The translations under genes and the position numbers were made by a program. 9,704 bases of DNA, from assembly GCA_013416795.1 (NCBI GenBank), contig RQSC01000783.1:1-9704 (forward strand). The letters are read 5' to 3'. Under the pieces are notes generated by a model, which was not told the DNA's origin, did no database searches, and saw nothing but the letters and a program-made list of their open reading frames with translations. This DNA comes from Prasinococcaceae sp. CCMP 1430 (lineage: Eukaryota; Plantae; Prasinodermophyta). Below are positions 6,801 through 9,704 of the stretch, piece by piece; the stretch's first letter is position 1; each line of letters starts with the position of its first letter.

Positions 6801-7898
6801 GAAGTATGGCAGACTGTTGTACCTGAAGAGTTCAGAAATGATATTTTAGAGTCACATCACTCAGGGCTTGGTGGTGGTCATGTTGGAATATTCAAAACTT
6901 GGATGAAAATAAGAAAACACTTTTGGTGGCCTAAATTAAAGAGGAATGTCAAGAAATGGATTCTGAACTGTAGAGTCTGTGAACTTAACAGTGAAAAGAA
7001 ACAGAAGGCCCCAATCCAGGTAACACCAACCTATGGCCCCATGGAAGCACTTCAGATAGATTGGATTGAAGAACTCACTCAATCCAAGCACAAAAACAAA
7101 CACATCTTGGTTGTGATTGACACCTTCACAAAATGGATTGAACTCTTTGCCTGCCCTTCTAGAATAAGCACCAGAGTTGCTCAACTCCTTGTAAAAGAGG
7201 TGTTTTGTAGATTTGGCTGTCCTCAAAGATTGATCTCTGATCGGGGTAAAGCTTTCACTTCTGACTTGTTCAAAGCTGTTTGTAAAAGAATGGGCATATG
7301 GAACCAATTTTCTGCATCCTATCACCCTCAATCTCATGGAGGAGTAGAGAGAGTCAATAGGACTATTGAAGGCCTCATTAGAAAACATGTCAATAAATTT
7401 CAAGACAACTGGGATGACTACTTACCTGCAGTGGCTTTTGCATATAACACCGCTGTTAATGAAGCCACTGGGTATTCCCCTTTCTTTCTAATGTATGGTC
7501 GAGAACCTCAGATTCCAGGCTCTTTGATCTTCGAGAAAAAGCACAAGACTGCTTCTACTTCAGAATGGATCGAATCTCAACAGAAGACCTTTCAACAAGT
7601 CCACGAGATGGTTCATCGAGTCCTGGACGACGAGAAACGACGTCAAGCCAAGAAGACTTCACAAAGGAAGGTGGAAACATATCAACCTGGCGAGCTGGTG
7701 AAGATCAAGCTTCAATCATCACAACCTAAGAAAGGTGGACCCAAGACAAGCAAGAAGTTACTTCCAAGGTGGAAAGGACCGTTTGTAATAATCAAGCAAC
7801 TTGGACCAGCTACCTATTTAGTCAAATCTGCTGCAAACCGATCCAAGAATGTTCTTACCATGCATTTGAATAACCTTGCTAGATATAATGTAGAATAG
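3441..7898 (+). CDS. pol: Pol polyprotein (transframe region, aspartic protease, RT, RNase H, integrase), -1 frame to gag; 5' boundary set at the inferred frameshift
   Basis: DTG 4446-4454. RT KKDGTWRFCIDYRKLN, PFGL and YLDD 5733-5744. RNase H TDAS at ~6177, EKECLAV and TDNSAL. Integrase HHCC 6855-6980, D7059/D7239/E7347 (D-35-E) and WKGPF at 7770. Frame open from 3402; the track start at 3471 is GTG. Confidence 0.97.
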   Translation, partial: RANLQYRRQTVSLLPLHQPPNQRLYLETKQPVLELQGARTSIHSLQEDLGEPQEEELSQQNLDQPRLEEDSGDSEATKQTQTSVQEIFSEDPEPNEGTSTCCRRGETPGNSRGNGGSRHSATESDLCRSHGNGGITNNSVTSPTKITDCYRKQRHYKQKKGRRRLKQHDLKIQQKHQLDWDVAGMRAEAERCWGSKLEKSNGERLELVRGTNSLLSATPMANPKEKKGWTTLKEVPLKKSSKSNREVLGEVYQEGVSRSMERQALWWTEFHTETSTVSPSLLGKRKRVVFEEDEPATLCQYSVHTPEEPVRKHLRVSKTLLIEIEIEGKPLQVLVDTGAALSLLRERTARHLVPSRRIEPCSAINLVMADGRVTPVQTRAWVRLSLGGKLHELPIRILNGVRYPMIMGLDILNALDGIIDLKKRIVELNGIPYKILGEVEEECTVRLSEKTILRPRTVTSIVLESPIGGVTPSYGVYVSDPLESLYYQKRVLVPCATLCFDKGKANLLVVNPTFHEITLEKGLHIARIQSLAEVTTIDFEKNQSTGAPEIDEETWKEVVEKLELHKTECSNQQRDQLLSLLHKHKECFTLHFRHIAGRQTLIKHKIDTGDAQPIYSNPYRKAPAERKIIEEEINKMLEAEVIEPAQSPWGFPIVLAKKKDGTWRFCIDYRKLNDVTKKWVYPLPRIDDMIDTLSGNEWFSALDCSSGYWQIEVEEADKPKTAFNSIMGQHQFRVMPFGLSNAPRTFSRMMDLVLAGLKWHQCLVYLDDILIFGKTWAEHLERLSIVLDRLKKHNILLKPSKCKFARKSVTYLGVIIDKNGVRPDPEKIKAILDFPRPTIVKEIRGFLGMCSYHRRFVKNFSRIAAPLSSLTKQNQPLIWTEKEEEAFIALKKALTEAPLLAFPDFSLPFILYTDASDVGISAELSQKTEKGEQVIAYASKKLSDAEKHYIPSEKECLAVIWALDLWRCYLLGAQFTIVTDNSALLWLQSISHQKGKLARWAIQIQEYNFIVKHRKGALNHTDPTSRNPVGEPGFQKNDEHFQTRIDFDLAALEVDLAGGWLERLKKEQKEDQDLWKGDMSLLRVDENVLSLKNQKKKKELQKKFRIQDDLLEHRDSINGQEVWQTVVPEEFRNDILESHHSGLGGGHVGIFKTWMKIRKHFWWPKLKRNVKKWILNCRVCELNSEKKQKAPIQVTPTYGPMEALQIDWIEELTQSKHKNKHILVVIDTFTKWIELFACPSRISTRVAQLLVKEVFCRFGCPQRLISDRGKAFTSDLFKAVCKRMGIWNQFSASYHPQSHGGVERVNRTIEGLIRKHVNKFQDNWDDYLPAVAFAYNTAVNEATGYSPFFLMYGREPQIPGSLIFEKKHKTASTSEWIESQQKTFQQVHEMVHRVLDDEKRRQAKKTSQRKVETYQPGELVKIKLQSSQPKKGGPKTSKKLLPRWKGPFVIIKQLGPATYLVKSAANRSKNVLTMHLNNLARYNVE

Positions 7899-7903
7899 TG
7901 GTT

Positions 7904-7921
7904 GTCATTGAGGACAATGAC
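7904..7921. other. Inverted repeat just upstream of the PPT
   Basis: GTCATTG-AGGA-CAATGAC, a perfect 7-bp stem. Confidence 0.8.
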
Positions 7922-7933
7922 CTTTGTTAACTT

Positions 7934-7945
7934 GGAGGAGAAAGA
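7934..7945 (+). promoter_or_regulatory. Polypurine tract (plus-strand primer)
   Basis: GGAGGAGAAAGA, 12 purines directly before TGTAAC and 36 nt after the pol stop. Confidence 0.9.
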
Positions 7946-8505
7946 TGTAACCTGTCAGTTCTAAAAAGAGTTCACCTTATCCCTTATGGTTTTACTTGTT
8001 CTTAACACAAATTTACATCCTTGAAAAGTTTCATGTTTTATTTCTGTTTTTCTATGTACTGAAGGACAATGACCTTTTGATTAATCTGATGGGACCTCCT
8101 TAGTCCCAGAACAATGTCATTTCAACCAATAAGAGTTCCTTTTCACTGAACATTTCTAGAATAGAAGAATTTTGTTCAATAAGGACAATTTCCTTTTCAT
8201 TTACTTGTCAAATTCCTCCACTCCAAACACTTCTATTGATCTGGTGGGGAATTCCAACCAATCATATTACTTCTTTTGTTCGTTCCTAGAATACCCCTAT
8301 TCAATTAAACTGTTACATGACTTTTCATGTATCTATCAAACCTTACTTTTCATGATTTCTTTGATGTAACGATTTTTGTACAGGAGGGGTATAAATAACC
8401 CCCTTGAAGAAGAAGAAATAGATTACTGACTACTTTCTGTGTGTCACGTCTTACAGATTCTCTAAAAGTCCTGTGATTGTCCTAGAAGAGAACCAGATCC
8501 TAACA
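7946..8505 (+). repeat. Long terminal repeat (~560 bp), only one copy in the window
   Basis: Begins TGTAAC right after the PPT and ends CTAACA 5 nt before the PBS, with an internal TATA box. Boundaries are inferred from PPT and PBS, not from a second copy. Confidence 0.8.
8390..8397 (+). promoter_or_regulatory. LTR TATA box
   Basis: GGGG-TATAAATA about 110 nt from the LTR 3' end. CCAAT motifs lie upstream in U3. Confidence 0.7.
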
Positions 8506-8510
8506 AATTT

Positions 8511-8528
8511 TGGTGGAAGGACTGCGGT
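8511..8528 (+). promoter_or_regulatory. tRNA primer-binding site
   Basis: TGGTGGAAGGACTGCGGT: TGG complements CCA and lies just after the LTR end. The reverse complement ...UCCACCA is compatible with tRNA-Ala (unverified). Confidence 0.75.
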
Positions 8529-8843
8529 ACGTAAAATGTTTTTAGTGGTTTGTCTTCACACACACCACTTAAATTTTTTTCTTTTGTGGGGATAAATTAA
8601 AAACGCGACTGCACGACGGAAACATTTCCGTCAAAATATTCGACTACTGAGGACCAAGAAGACAAAACAGAAAATGGAGGGTCCTCAACGACCCGCGAAC
8701 CCTACTAACAAAAATTTTAGATAGGAAGAAGGACCGCCATGCGGCCTTCAATTCTAACCTACTCTAACATATATACTATATATATTTTATCTTAGGTAGG
8801 ACGAACCTTCACAGGGTCGTCTTGGACGAACCCTGGGGTTCTG

Positions 8844-8909
8844 GTAAGTAAAATTTCTCTCTTCCTCTTCCTCTTTTCTTTATCTATCTATCTATATATA
8901 ATTTTGCAG
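8844..8909 (+). other. Candidate 66-nt spliceosomal intron in the leader
   Basis: CTG|GTAAGT, pyrimidine and AT-rich body, TTTTGCAG|ATG. Confidence 0.65.
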
Positions 8910-8942
8910 ATGGAGGCGGCTGGATCGACGGATCCAAGCCAG

Positions 8943-8998
8943 GTAAGTAAAATTTTCTTTTGGCCGATTTCGGCCATATTTTCTTCCTATTCCTGCAG
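8943..8998 (+). other. Candidate 56-nt spliceosomal intron in the leader
   Basis: CAG|GTAAGT, ending TTCTTCCTATTCCTGCAG|. The first 13 nt are identical to the 8844 donor. Confidence 0.6.
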
Positions 8999-9340
8999 TT
9001 TTTCGTTTTGTTAGGTAGTGTTAGTATAGGACCATAGGTCCTACTTAGTGTTAGGTCGTTCCTATCTTTTCTATTCTCCCTATCTCTCTTCTTCTTTCTC
9101 CCTTTATCTTTTTCTCTTCCTCTCTTCTTTTCCTTTCTTCCTAGCCTAGATTTCGCTAGCTAGGATCGTTCCTAGACTAGGCTAGACTAGTTTGGTGTTG
9201 CCGTTTTAGTCTCTATATCTATCTATATGTCTTTCTAGCGCTAGGTTAGTTTTAGACAGGGTCACCTACAGGACCGACTGCTGGTCGCTAGGACCATGCA
9301 GTAGACCCGACCAAGGTCTCGGTCGAGACCTTAGGTCAAG

Positions 9341-9474
9341 GTGAGTCGAACCGCTTGGTCGTTTTGACCAAGGGTTCGTTATTATTCCTACTCTATCTCT
9401 TTTCCTAACCTCTAATTTTCATATATATATGTAAAATATATATATATTTTCCTTCCTCGACGCCGGCCGACTAG
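9341..9474 (+). other. Candidate leader intron (acceptor 9474 or 9480)
   Basis: AAG|GTGAGT, CTAAC 9405-9409, (AT)n and pyrimidine tract. The acceptor is uncertain. Confidence 0.4.
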
Positions 9475-9511
9475 GCCCAGCGACCAAGGAGGACCGGGAC
9501 TACGTCCCGAG

Positions 9512-9558
9512 GTAAGTTTTATATATATAACTAACATATATATATACGTTTATTGTAG
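9512..9558 (+). other. Candidate 47-nt spliceosomal intron in the leader
   Basis: GAG|GTAAGT, AACTAAC branch site (CTAAC 9531-9535), TTGTAG|. Very AT-rich between GC-rich flanks. Confidence 0.7.
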
Positions 9559-9648
9559 GAAAGTCGCCCTTAAGGCGACATATGTCGACATTATGTCGAC
9601 TTCGTCAGTCCGTACAGGACGACGAAAAACAACACAAAAACAAAAACG

Positions 9649-9674
9649 CACACACACACACACACACACACACA
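9649..9674. repeat. (CA)13 microsatellite
   Basis: Direct reading. Confidence 0.95.
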
Positions 9675-9704
9675 CTAACGGACAATAACCCTATTAACAA
9701 AACC

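Larger units (their letters stand above)
1..9704 (+). mobile_element. Ty3/Gypsy LTR retrotransposon with accessory-gene cassette (probably a permuted unit or tandem junction)
   Basis: gag, then pol with PR-RT-RH-IN order, PPT, TG...CA LTR and PBS are all co-oriented. The upstream ORFs share strand, CpG depletion and splice-acceptor context with gag. That they belong to the element is inferred, because no second LTR is in the window. Confidence 0.85.

Noticed and set aside
259-7403. Minus-strand ORFs in the track (e.g. 795-1046, 4490-4852, 6936-7403)
   Set aside because: They are antisense shadows of purine-rich plus-strand genes, rich in F/L/S, with no recognisable motifs.
7780-7898. Chromodomain at the integrase C-terminus
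   Set aside because: Only the GPY/F module is seen. The ORF ends about 38 codons later without a chromodomain signature.
8172-8369. 65-aa ORF inside the LTR
   Set aside because: TTG start, T-rich low-complexity product, lies in U3.
8511-8600. tRNA gene
   Set aside because: Only complementarity to a tRNA 3' end, with no cloverleaf. Interpreted as the PBS.
9141-9704. CRISPR array or telomeric repeat
   Set aside because: No constant repeat with regular spacers, and CTAAC/CTAG motifs are not in tandem register.

Overview
The whole window reads as one eukaryotic Ty3/Gypsy (Metaviridae-type, non-chromoviral) LTR retrotransposon on the + strand with intact reading frames. It has gag with two CCHC knuckles (2659-3846) and pol in PR-RT-RNaseH-IN order (to 7898), probably made by a -1 frameshift at A_AAA_AAC (3435-3441). 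These are followed by a PPT, one ~560-bp LTR (7946-8505), an 18-nt PBS and a CpG-rich, hairpin-rich leader with several short introns (8527-9704). The unusual part is four extra genes upstream of gag: two paralogous coiled-coil proteins, an 83-aa unknown, and an intact TK1-type thymidine kinase. Each of these genes, and gag, has a branch-point-like motif and a CAG acceptor 0-9 nt before its ATG. This suggests an env-less retrotransposon that expresses accessory genes by alternative splicing, as complex retroviruses do, and carries its own dTTP-salvage enzyme. The single LTR lies between a PPT and a PBS, so the window is probably a circularly permuted unit (1-LTR circle, tandem array or collapsed assembly). 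The host cannot be identified from sequence alone. All family assignments come from motif recognition by eye, with no database search.
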